Source: Octopus bimaculoides (taxonomy: Eukaryota). Taken from it: a stretch of 64,000 nucleotides of DNA. The notes under the pieces are model-generated. The model searched no databases. It was not told the DNA's origin and was given only the letters and a program-made list of their open reading frames with translations. A program made the position numbers and the translations under genes. Shown in pieces: positions 12,372-23,794 of the stretch. Within the stretch, counting starts at the first letter, position 1. Each line of letters starts with the position of its first letter. The stretch lies in contig NC_068981.1 of NCBI RefSeq assembly GCF_001194135.2, positions 47,351,486 to 47,415,485 of the forward strand, in the 5' to 3' direction.

Positions 12372-13200
12372 CACAGAGATGCCCGTTTAATATTATTTGA
12401 TGAACATAAAGATAAATCTGATACATTCTGGGAAAATTTTCTTTGGACAGACGAGTAGAAAATTGAATTGTTTGGAGGAAATTCGCGTAGCCATGTTTGG
12501 AGGAAATTCGCGTAGCCATGTTTGGAGGAAATATGGTACCACCTATTCGCCGACAAACACAATTCCCCCTGTAAAGTTTGGAGGTGGAAACATCATTGTG
12601 TAGGGGTGTTTCTCTGCAAATGACACTGGCAATTTATATGTGATAGATGGTAGAATGAATGTATAGATGTACCAAAATATTTTGAACAATTATTTATGGG
12701 ACTCTGTAGAAAAGCTCCAGCTTTGTGAATGGTGGGTTTTAGCTTTGTGAATGGTGGGTTTTATAACAGGATAACGCCTTTAAGCACACGGTGAAGTCTA
12801 CCAAAAATAGATTGTCAATCACAATATAAAATGATTAGAATGGCCAAGCCAGTCACCTGACTTGTACCCCATTGAAAATGTGTGGCGTTATTTGATAACT
12901 AAAACAATTAAAACTCATTCAAGAGCCCCAGTGTGCATTCCAGATTTGAAGAAAATTTGTCAAGAAACATAAGAAAACATTTACTCTGTACGAATACTTT
13001 TTTCACCCCTAAATATTTATATTTGTATATAAATTCATTAGTTACTTTAATTTACTAGTTTCTTTTGCATCTTCTTAGTTTATTTATGTGTAATTTGCAC
13101 ATACATTTTGCACAGTATTGTTATATCCGATTTAAGTTTATTAGAAATTAAATAAATAAAGAATTTTGACATTTACGAATATTTATTTCCCCCCACTGTG
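12372..13200 (+). mobile_element. 5'-truncated Tc1 (DD34E-type) transposon
   Basis: WTDE..ELFGGN..VWRK..PPVKFGGGNIIV*GCFS, QDN..KHT and a degenerate [15 protein letters not shown]. Terminal TIR-like ATTTCCCCCCACTG at ~13185-13199. Confidence 0.85.
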
Positions 13201-13369
13201 AAATACAAAAAAAAAGGTTTCGACTTGCGAAACTTTTTCATGGGAGGTGTCTACATCATTTAGACAAAACCCAGAGAGGCACGCAACCAATCTGTACATA
13301 TACTCAAATAAATCCTGCATCTACAGGGAACTGGAACTACTAATTTGCTTACTAAATGTGCTTGAGATG

Positions 13370-13371
<2 letters not shown>

Positions 13372-13432
<61 letters not shown>
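13372..13432. repeat. (ATCT)n tetranucleotide microsatellite
   Basis: Direct reading. Confidence 0.95.
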
Positions 13433-13993
13433 GTTTGTCTGTATCTACAAAATTGCCCTGAATTTCCCCTCTAATTCATTTTATTCTTAAAATATTTAAA
13501 CAAATGCTCACCCCCATATTTCATTTCTTCATACATGGATTTCTTATATTGTGCATTTTCAGCCTTTTCTTCTTGCTTCACCACTCAGTTTTCAAAAAAT
13601 TACTTATCCTGCGTGTTAACTCAGGATCTATTGACGATAATGTAGCCTTCATTTGTCTAAGGTGTATTCAGCCTGATGAGTAGCTAATAGAGTACTTCTG
13701 AAGTTTTGTTTAAGCAAGGAAACTTATGTAGCCCGGATTTTATTTACTCCATTCCCACAATTTGGATATATATATACATACGTGCGTTTGTTTGTGTGTG
13801 AGTATGTATATACATATATACACACACACTCACATGAATACACACGCACACACACATATATGTACGTATGTATGTATATATAGTTTCTTAAGTGTCCTAC
13901 TAAAAAATATTTAGTATAAATTGAAATAATTCTCATTGATATCTCTACTACCAACAATGACCGCAGGTAAGTTTAATTTTAAACAGCACTGAC

Positions 13994-14146
13994 CATTTCA
14001 ATCATCTTTTTCGCCAGCGGTTCTACTTGCTCTCGGTATTGATTGTGCAGGTAAAGGATGTTCTGCACGTCATCTTCAGTTGGAATTATTGGTTCATGAG
14101 AAACGTCGGTTAAACACATCGTAGCTTGCGGGTATTCAGTACAATT
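13994..14146 (-). CDS. CAP/SCP protein, exon 2: NCTEYPQATMCLTD...ILYLHNQYREQVEPLAKKMIEM
   Basis: Acceptor ttttttgtatatttctaattcag|AAT and donor ATG|gtcagt; 153 nt, phase 0-0. Carries the canonical CAP start (IL..HN.YR..V.P.A..M..M) and a TMCLTD pre-domain motif like that of molluscan CAP venom proteins. Confidence 0.9.
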
Positions 14147-14929
14147 CTGAATTAGAAATATACAAAAAAAGGTTATTAAACAACAGAAATTCATAAAACA
14201 ATATTCATTACCATGTATGTGTGCGTGGGTGTGTGAGCGCGTGCGTGGGTCTGTGTGTGTCTGTGTGTACGTGTGTGCATATGTGTGTATTAGTATATCT
14301 ACGTATCATGATCTATAGAGTATAAGACAATAAATTGTATTATAACCTTATGCAGAGTTATAATCCCATAAAACGAGTTTTCATTATTCGAATATACTAA
14401 ATATAACTACTGTCGTGTAAAATGCGTGCTGCTATCGCGTAAAATGTAAAATACATTATTGCAAATTGATAAGTAGTCTGACAGCAATGTAATATACACC
14501 CTAAGATGTAATCGTAAACAGGCAACATTTTTTCGTTATGTTAACAACGTTTAACAATAACTTAATTATTTACATCGGAAATATTTGTTGCAGAGTTTCA
14601 CTTTAACCGTTTAGCACAGCCATCTGGTGTCTTGAAATCTAATCGTAAATTCTAAAATCGAATTGGTCTTTTAGACGTGAATGCATAAGAAGTGAGATTT
14701 AGCATTCTCTTTCAAGAGACATGTCATTCGGCAGCTCGCTTTACTGCCAGTCCTAAATAGCATTGTTTATAGATATGTTGGTCTATGACGCACACGAATG
14801 TGTTGTTCTTGTAAACATACACTTATTGAAAGAAAAAAAATACTGTCCTCTAGTTTCAAGGTTTATAAATGTATCTAGTATGATGTAGTAACAGAAGTAG
14901 TGAAATAAAAAAAATGTTTAGAATGTGTT

Positions 14930-15210
14930 TGTCAGAAAGTATGTGGACATTCCATGGTACCTGAATAGACCTCGGCACCAACTCTAGGAATAAAAGTTTG
15001 GAATGTTACCCAAATCACAGGGATCTACGGACAAAACCTTATGATGAGTGTGGCCAAAAGTGCAAATGTTTGTATAAAGTACTAGTAGTGTGTTATTTTG
15101 ATTTGGAGAAAGGTAAATCAAGATATGGTCACTGTTTCTAGACAACAGTTTGGAAATGTAGGTGACTGGAATAAAGTGTATTTCTCAAGATGATTCCTGA
15201 AGGCTTTCCT
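14930..15210 (+). mobile_element. Highly degenerate LINE RT fragment (I/Nimb/Jockey-like)
   Basis: GSTD..LMMSV..N and VVCYFDLEK resemble RT motifs around FDLEKAYD. Confidence 0.4.
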
Positions 15211-15811
15211 TAATCAGCCATTAGCAGTGATGGGAAGAATCTTCAAAGCACAAAAAATTAGATTATAAAGAAACGAGACTGAAACCTGCGAATGTTTAAT
15301 GTATGTATGTATGTATGTATGTATGTATTTTATGTACGCATATATATATATGAATAAATAAATATACNNNNNNNNNNNNNNNNNNNNNNNNNNNNNNNNN
15401 NNNNNNNNNNNNNNNNNNNNNNNNNNNNNNNNNNNNNNNNNNNNNNNNNNNNNNNNNNNNNNNNNNNNNNNNNNNNNNNNNNNNNNNNNNNNNNNNNNNN
15501 NNNNNNNNNNNNNNNNNNNNNNNNNNNNNNNNNNNNNNNNNNNNNNNNNNNNNNNNNNNNNNNNNNNNNNNNNNNNNNNNNNNNNNNNNNNNNNNNNNNN
15601 NNNNNNNNNNNNNNNNNNNNNNNNNNNNNNNNNNNNNNNNNNNNNNNNNNNNNNNNNNNNNNNNNNNNNNNNNNNNNNNNNNNNNNNNNNNNNNNNNNNN
15701 NNNNNNNNNNNNNNNNNNNNNNNNNNNNNNNNNNNNNNNNNNNNNNNNNNNNNNNNNNNNNNNNNNNNNNNNNNNNNNNNNNNNNNNNNNNNNNNNNNNN
15801 NNNNNNNNNNN

Positions 15812-15845
<34 letters not shown>

Positions 15846-16008
15846 TGTGTGTGTGATTATTTAGTTTTATTTCAAGATTTCTTGCCAATAGAGAAAAAGC
15901 CGGTTTCTAACATAAATTCAAAAAACATCACCTGGATTTTTGGATGTATTTATGTATGTATTCTCATGCGTATAGTTGTATAAGTATGTATGTATGTATG
16001 TATGAATA

Positions 16009-16397
16009 GGCGCAAGAGTGGCTGTGTGGTAAATAGCTTGCGTACGAACCACATGATTCCGGGTTCATTTCCACTGCGTGGCTCCTTGGGCAAGTGTCAT
16101 CTACTATAGCCTCGGGCCGACCAAAGCCTTGTGAGTGGATTTGGTTGACGGAAACAGAAATAAGCCCCTCGTATATATGTATATTTATATGTATGTGTGT
16201 TCATATGTTTATGTGTCTGTGTTTGTCCCCCCAACATCGCTTGTCAATCGATGGTGGTGTGTTTACATCCGCATAACTTAGCGGTTCGGCAAATAGAGAC
16301 CGATCGCATAAGTACTATTCTTCCAAAGAATAAGTCCTGAGGTCGATTTGTTCGACTAAAGGCGGTGCTCCAGCATGGCCGCAGTCGAAAGACTGAA
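16009..16397 (+). mobile_element. Near full-length tRNA-derived SINE with a CORE-like body
   Basis: A-box-like TGGCTGTGTGG, B-box-like GGTTCATTTCC and a CCTTGGGCAAGT CORE-like segment. Further copies at 10438, 25754 and 63650. Confidence 0.8.
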
Positions 16398-16407
16398 NNN
16401 NNNNNNN

Positions 16408-16446
<39 letters not shown>

Positions 16447-17130
16447 TTGTGTGGTGTGTGTATGTATATATATATATTAATGTCCTTTTTTTTATTTTAA
16501 AGTCATATTAATAATTTTTCATTAATCAGATAGGCTATTTATACTTTTATAAGACATAGATTTATTGCTATACTACAAGAATATTGCTTGCTGGGAGTGA
16601 CTTCAAATTTGTATATACGACATATTTCTAAATTTTAATTGTACCCAGTTTAGTATATTTAAAAACAATAATAAATAACAAATATCAAAATATTTCCATA
16701 ATATGTGTCCAAGACGCACTTGTGAGCACTTTATTTTTCAGCAAAGTAGAAGGATTAAATAATTGCTAGGATTCAACTTTTTTCCATAAACTTGAGTATG
16801 CCAGATGTTATATATGATATCAGTTCGTTAATATTCTTGTGAAATTTTGTGTATGGTTATGTATTTCATTTCGAACGTGGGTTCATTAGGTTTATATTTT
16901 ACGGAATGCTTAAATTTTAAATGAGTTCAATTAATTCGTATTCATTTATAATAGATATTTGGTTAGAAATCAGTTGAACAACTCTCAGAAACCGTCTAAA
17001 GGCACAGTCAGCAAGGAATAATTGTAGCAAGCTTCATAAATAGATTATAGTCAAAGTTACTGATTTTCTAAATAGTTATGTCTCATATCTCAGATTACTA
17101 TTCATATTCAAAATGCAAAAATCGTCTTAC

Positions 17131-17202
17131 CACTGGAAGTTGGCCGCCGTACGCAAAACAGAATATCTGAAAAAGGACGAAAAATTGCAGTAGCTGGAAC
17201 AT
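17131..17202 (-). CDS. CAP/SCP protein, exon 1 (signal peptide): MFQLLQFFVLFQIFCFAYG|GQLPV
   Basis: aatcATG start, hydrophobic 19-aa leader ending in A-Y-G, donor GTG|gtaaga in phase 0 matching exon 2. The two other phases hit a stop at or just after the exon 2 junction. Confidence 0.75.
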
Positions 17203-17256
17203 GATTATTCGTGTATGTATGAAGATACAACCGTACGTAAATAACAAGATGCAGCC

Positions 17257-17264
17257 TTTATATA
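17257..17264 (-). promoter_or_regulatory. Putative TATA box of the CAP gene
   Basis: TATATAAA(GG) on the minus strand about 55 nt upstream of the ATG, implying a TSS near 17230 and a ~30-nt 5'UTR. Confidence 0.5.
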
Positions 17265-17670
17265 AAGAAATGACAGTCTAATCGATATCGGTAACATAGT
17301 TTTCAAGCAGATGTTCAGTAAATGCATATATCGATTTTAAATCATGATTTGGGGCTCAAACATATACATAATGGAAAAAATTTTCTTTTCTCATGCCTGA
17401 CGTTTTAAAGTTACATGATACGAACAAAGTAACGTTGAACATATTGCGTATGTTAATTAAAATCCTTTCCATGTACAACCCACATTCATAGTTCAGTTTA
17501 AAATCGGTCACTTTTTTAATATTCAAACATGCTTCAAATTTGAATTAAAAAAGTATAGTAATTTTTAAATGAATATTTTAATATCTAATTTTCATTTAAT
17601 AAATTACAGAATCATTAGAGAAACACAAGATGTTGTTCCTAATAAAGGAAATTTAAAAAGCTAGTTGCCA

Positions 17671-18526
17671 TTCTGTCCATGGCGAATTTTCCTCTCGATA
17701 ATTTGAGATGAAGAACAGAGAGACGAACTCAAAATGAAAGCGCATTGTCATTCTCTTGAAATTTTTGTAAACAATCTAAATACTAAAAAATATATATCTG
17801 TCAATTTAACTCACTTTTGCACTCGACAAATATTTTTTACAGTGTATTTACAATTGTAAAACATTGGTAATTTTATACACTCACATACACATACATAAAA
17901 ACACACGCACACACATACACGCATGCATGCACACAAACACAACACACACAGGTGTGTGTCTGCGTGTGCGTGCGTGCGAGTTTGTATGTATATGTGTAGA
18001 ATATGTAACAACAATTTCAAATATTTGGTAAATAGATCCAATCTATAATTTTAAAGCGGATACTCTCACGAAAATAAATGCAAAGATGAACAACAAAACA
18101 AGCAATCTAGTATACGGCAAAAGCAGCCTCATCTAGAAATTATATTTCACTGGTGAGACTGAAACATCCCTTTGTCCAAAGAATACATGTACAAATGATT
18201 AGACTAGAGGATACAAATGACAGGGAAGACAGACTGCATTGTAAGCCGAAACGATCATCGCGCTAAAGATATTCGGTACTTAAAACTGAAATTGTATCAC
18301 TATGATATATGTTTAATGCTTCAATAGCTTTTCTCCCTCAAATATATTTATATATGCTTTAGTAACCACATTGTGTAAGTGATGTAAATCAAATGAAGCT
18401 GTATCTAGCAGGCAGTAATTAAAAAACAATATGTACGTGCACCAAATTATCGTGAATTAGCTTAAAAGCCGTATTACGTGCCTATTTTAAAGCTAAATTC
18501 CTCCGGAGAGATAACTGGGCCCGCGG
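17671..18526. repeat. Uninterrupted copy of the duplicated block, 0.5-1.3 kb upstream of the CAP ATG
   Basis: Equals 3549-4191 joined to 7166-7442. Confidence 0.9.
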
Positions 18527-18648
18527 TCCAAAACTAAAGGGAGTGGTAATGAAGCATTTATTGGTAAGTTCACAAATATTTGTAGTTCTTTTAAAATGTT
18601 GATAGAAGGTGTAGATATATATATATATATACCTACATACACTCACAT

Positions 18649-18682
<34 letters not shown>

Positions 18683-19499
18683 TGTGCCTTTTTGTCTGTG
18701 TTTGTATCTCACCATCGTTTGATAACTGGATAACTGGTGTCGATTCATTCGATTAAAATTCTTCAAGGCAATGCCCCAGAGCTATCTGATGACTATAAAA
18801 TATAAGAAAACCACTAAATTCCCGAATAAGACTTGAAACTAAGGAACGTAACTCTTGTACTATGTTTTGAAATTTCTGACACTCAGTTTGATTCCTACGA
18901 ATACCAAACATAAAAGCATTTAAATCCTATCCCAATGCTGGAGGTTCAAAAACTAAATCAATGACAGATTTTAAATCTCGAGATTATCCTGATTCAAAAA
19001 ATATATCAATGTAGTACAAAAGTAGACTGAGCTACTCTAATTTCTCTTTTATCAATATAGACTATGGGAATTTTGGTAAAACAAAATTTACTACAGCAAT
19101 GTGATAGGAGTAATTTGGTTATAATATAAAGTAGATTGTTTGTCCAACAACACTTTCAACCACAATAAAAAAGCCACATGCAATATTGTTCAGTTCATGC
19201 ATCACATATCCCTGATTGTTTTATTTAATGTTACTAAAACTCATTTACCATTATTTTATAAACACATCTTGTACTATAAACAAAGAATATTATTTGATAG
19301 ATGCTAGCTAAAAGTTCTTGGAAGTTGCAGCGTTTCGTCTAACGGAGATAGATCAAGAATTTGAGCTTACAATCCACCAGGTAGAAGCAATTGTCGAATA
19401 CTTATATGCAGTAACTACATACGAAGTAGCATCAAATATTTCGCGTTCCTACTATACCCATAGGATATAAAATTTCAGGTAGTGTGGGTGTAAGATGCT

Positions 19500-20010
19500 G
19501 CAGGAGTTGGGGAAGTCTTGACTTAGTATAACAAAACACATTTAGTGGGACTCCGACCGATGCTCTTCTACAAACTTTTCCAAAGCTAACGTGCACAAAG
19601 TAGTGGAACTATTTCCAAGTGACACCAGTGTTCGATGATTTTGCAGAATATTTTTATACAGGTTTTTAATTGGAATTGTGCATGTCCGAGGCAGATAACT
19701 TGTCTAGATATAGTACACACAACACCATTGGGTGAGCGTTCTTGGCACAGACGTAGATGTTGAAAGAACTTAAACGATTGAATGCCATGGACACAGAATT
19801 GTGCTAGTCTATCTCGATACTTTGGGTGAAGGGGTACAGAAGAATATAGCCCACAGACAAATAAATATACAGTAGATTTCCCTCTTTCAATTGGCTGAAT
19901 TATTTATATACGTTGTATACAAATGTATGCTTGTAGTTTCAGATATTAGGAAGTTGGAATAGACGTTCCTTGTTAATACTGGAGATATGAATCTTCCACC
20001 TCCTTTCCGT
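19500..20010 (-). mobile_element. Degenerate DIRS-like (tyrosine-recombinase retrotransposon) RT fragment
   Basis: GRFISPV.., YSSVPLHPKYRDRL..F, S.PR.LT and VLYLDK resemble DIRS RT (..YYSVPIHP..R..L.F..GLS.APR.FTK..YLDD). Confidence 0.5.
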
Positions 20011-20584
20011 ATGTTTTAAATTTAGTTATTCTTTCTCCCTTCAACATATTGTTGAAGGTATATTGCATATCGTGCAGTGCAGTAGAAAGTGCAGACTATT
20101 GACATGATATTCATAAGATTCATTGCATAGAATTGTCGTCTTTACTCCAGATTGAATAATAAGAAAGTTACACATGTCCATTGATGATTACCATTTATAG
20201 TTATCAAAAAGAATCATAATGCATGTGTGTCGCAGTGTTTCTTAAAATTGTTTTACTTTTAATTAAGCATCTAATCATTATCACCTTATCTTTTTCCTAC
20301 TTGCAACAGGCTTGTGGATGTTCAGCACGAGAATGAGCGACGGTATCATTAGGACTGTAAGAATTTGCATAAATTAAGATTTGCTAATTCTAGATATCAG
20401 GCGCTGTCCATTAGTAAGTTTATACTAAATCCAAGATGGTAATTTGACACGTCAACTATCAACATTCTCTTACAACTGCATTATATTGATAGACAGATAC
20501 TTAATGGTATAAATATCGTACAATGCAACTCCGTCTCAGTTTGTTGGAAATTGTATAAATCGACTATAACAAATTTAGGGTTTC

Positions 20585-20795
20585 AGGCAGTGGACTGGCA
20601 GAAACGCTAGCACGCCGGGCGAAATACTTAGCAGTATTTCGTCTGTCTTTACGTTCTGAGTTCAAATTACGCCGAGGTCGACTATGCCTTTTATCCTTTC
20701 GAGGTCGATAAGTTAAATACCAGTTGCTTACTGGGGTCGATCTAATCGACTGGCTCCGCAAAAATGCCGTGCCTTCTGCCGAGAGTAGAAAAGAA
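20585..20795 (+). mobile_element. Full-length tRNA-derived SINE (GGCAGAAACGCTAGCACGCCGGGCG family)
   Basis: Pol III box-like motifs (GAGTTCAAATT); multiple copies in the window. Confidence 0.8.
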
Positions 20796-21269
20796 CAAAT
20801 TTAGGGTCTGATGAGAATGCTTGAGCGCAAAATATTTCGTTAACTGTCTAATAGCACAACTCTGCAAGATTTCCTATGTTTCAATGTCTACATATGCTTT
20901 TCAAAAATTATTTGACGCTGATTGCAAGTCTGCTATTAGTTTTTTTCTCAATCACTTCTAGTTTTTCTGTAATAAAGCCTTGCTTTTTCTGAATCATGGT
21001 ATCAGAGAATCAAATGAGAGTGATGATCTGATTTATTTTGCTTGACAAGGTAGATTGCTATAAAACAATGCTGACCTTATATTAGTAGAGTTAAGGAAGC
21101 AGTCAATATAAAGTTTATTAAACATTCGCTGGCAACTCTGACAGACGATGTGACCATGAAAAGATGTGTACCCGATTGCTAACTGATGCTTTAGGGTTGT
21201 TTTTTGTAGTTCCAGTGGTCAGTCGTTGGTGATATTTACGTATAAATTCTATTGAAAATGTGTGCATAT

Positions 21270-21800
21270 AGACATAAATGCGTGAAAAATGTAGACATAT
21301 TCTGCTACATTTGAGGCAGGTATGTTGTCATTCAGCAGAGACAAAGATAATTAATCTTGTAAAAAATCTATATTTTGCTTATTTTGGCGTTAAACACGGT
21401 GATTCAGACAAATCTTGGGCTCCACATAAAGTATGTCGTAATTCTGTGGAGGGGCTGACACTCTGGAATCCCGGTAAGATAAACAAAATTCCGTTTGGAG
21501 AATACCAATTGCGTGACAGGAGCCGAGTAACCCTGTTGACGTTTGTTATTTCTGCATGACTAAAGTTAATGGGTGCAGTGCAAACATTTAAACATAAGAT
21601 AATGCATCATACTATTCCCTCAGGCATACGGCATTTTGCACGTGGGTTTGACATTCCAGATCATCCCCGCTCACTTGTTGTGGAGAATGTTATACTAGAT
21701 TGTCTTGAATAAGTAAAATGTGAAGAATAAGGTGATGAATACACTCCTGACGAAATCGAAAATCCGAAGAGTTCAAAGATTTGAGAAACATTCGAACCTA
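21270..21800 (+). mobile_element. N-terminal transposase fragment, probably Chapaev3 (CMC) type
   Basis: LVKNLYFAYFGVKHGDSDKSWAPHKVC..L..W..GK..IPFG matches the YFG..GDQDKSWAPH..C..C motif I associate with Chapaev3; the family call is from memory. Confidence 0.55.
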
Positions 21801-21859
21801 CCAAAAGATGCATCAGTGGAGAACTGAGACCTGTAGCTCGTGAGCGTAGTGGAAGCCCA

Positions 21860-22260
21860 TCTGTCATCGATGACGGTCAATGAAAGACCGTCTTTCAGAA
21901 AGATCCACGTAGAACCACTAGCAAAACAACTTCAAGTTAGTCAGAAAACTGCTTGCAACAATTTGCCTGTGATTGGAAAATGAAAACAGTTCGACAAATG
22001 GGTACTACACGATTTGAATGAAAATCAGAAAATGCGCAGATATGAAGTTTGCTCGTCGCTTATTCTCTGTAAACAGACCACCAATCCATTTCTCAACAGT
22101 AATGTAACATGCGATGAAAGTCGGGTTCTGTACAATAATAAAAAAAAAAACCTTCTTCGCAGTTGTTGGACCAAAATAAGGCACCGAAAACCTTCCCTAA
22201 AACCGAACTCTTCAACATGAAGGTTATGGTGTCTGTTTAATAGTCTACTGCTGGATTCTA
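21860..22260 (+). mobile_element. mariner transposase fragment
   Basis: KWVLHDLNENQK..R..VCSSL..NPFLNSNVTCDE..LYNN..KVMVSV. Confidence 0.8.
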
Positions 22261-22744
22261 TTTAATTTTCCTTTTAAAGGTGTATAATTTATATATACAC
22301 ACATTTTACCTATTTTGGTTATGATACCATTTTTGAAAATTTTCAATTTATTTTTTTAATACTACAATATTGTTTATAAACAATCACCAATAGTACCAAC
22401 CAAATAAACTGTCCTCTGTATTAAGAACTTAGTTACGTAGCGTCTTGCCGTTTTAACTGGAAATTAACATAATGATTTAAAGTCATCCCTAACATAACCT
22501 ATTTTATAGACAGTTACTTTATATCCATTGACTGCTCCCAATGTCTTCGTTTCCCTCCCCGAGGAAAAGGGATACATATGACAATATTTATGACCTTACC
22601 TAACCATAAGCTGTCAACCCACTCAAACCGGTTTTATTAAAAGACGTAATGACAAAAGGAGTGTCGACAGGCAATTGTGCATATCCACAAGACGGCTAAG
22701 GCCGGCAGTAGGAATAACACCTCGCTTTGGTAGAAAGAGTTGGT

Positions 22745-23550
22745 AGCGACTAAAAACAACTACGTCCTAGGAGGGTCTTTGGGGTTCGATGAGAACCAAC
22801 TTGCCAACTTGTTTCAAAAATCGTTCAGGCCAGGATATTTGGATAATTACCAAACATCCCTAGCCTGGCAGTTTTATAGGAACGATTTACCTGTTCGTGA
22901 GAAGTCATCCAGTCACGGAATGTCAGTGCAAACGATGTGTCCAAGATGTGGGCCGGACAAGTATACCGTCCAGCACGGTTTTATACAATAACGGGAGCTG
23001 TCCAGCTTGATAATTTCCTTAGAACACGTGTTGTCGAAACTCGGGTAGTATGGCTTTCGGCTGAGTCCACAATAAAGATTGTACCGCCAACTGGACTCTC
23101 AAATGATGGTGAGGCATGTCTTCTCTGTAGAGTTGCAGTGTTGAAAGAGTGTGTACAGAGGACTAAAATGCAATGATTTGTGACGGGATCCTCCATCTCC
23201 AGCCCTGATTTGCTACTTTACTTCAGATACCATCTGAAACGCAAGACAGGGCTGGAGTGGAGAATCCTGTCGTGAAGTATGTTCGAGAAAAGATGGAAGG
23301 CTGTGATGAGAAAGGTGGGGGCTAGTAACCCGCCTTAATCAGTATTGGAAAAGAAAGGATAGCAGCTGGGCTTTTCAGGCTGCCGAGTGTATCCTCTCCT
23401 TGAAATAAAAATAGTCAACATATTGTATATTTATCATCAATTTTTAAAATGTGAGGCTCATTGGAACTCATAATAACATGTTTTCTCTTTTTTTTTGTAT
23501 TGTACTGTTATGTCCCTTCTTTATTCAATACACTTTATCGTCATAAAAAT
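22745..23550 (+). mobile_element. Tx1/L1-clade LINE, 3' fragment
   Basis: LGFDENQLANLFQKSFRP..LDNYQTSLAWQFYR..LPVR..CPRC parallels 32280-32850. Confidence 0.75.
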
Positions 23551-23794
23551 ATACATCTCTAGCAGAAGAGGCGTCCAGTACGGAGGACTGGCAGAAATAT
23601 CCCAAAACCATGACTGGTTGATTGTTCCCGTCGCTAGGAGTTGGTAGGTGAGCAAACACCTATTTGGTATTTTATGGGATGCAGCTGTGCCGCGTTAATC
23701 GACTAGAGGAGATGTCTTCTTGGGGGTTGAAAAAAATCTCTGTAGAGTCCGCTCAAACGGATAGCTATGTTAAATTAGCTACGGATATTACTTA

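Noticed and set aside
13671-13705. Hammerhead motif at GCCTGATGAGTAGC
   Set aside because: Helix II pairs poorly and there is no correctly placed GAAA.
14147-14194. Apparent signal peptide MNFCCLITFFCIFLIQ at the start of ORF 13979-14194
   Set aside because: It coincides with a polypyrimidine tract, a branch-like CTAAT and a CAG acceptor. A better exon 1 with a TATA box exists at 17131-17202, so it is treated as intron.
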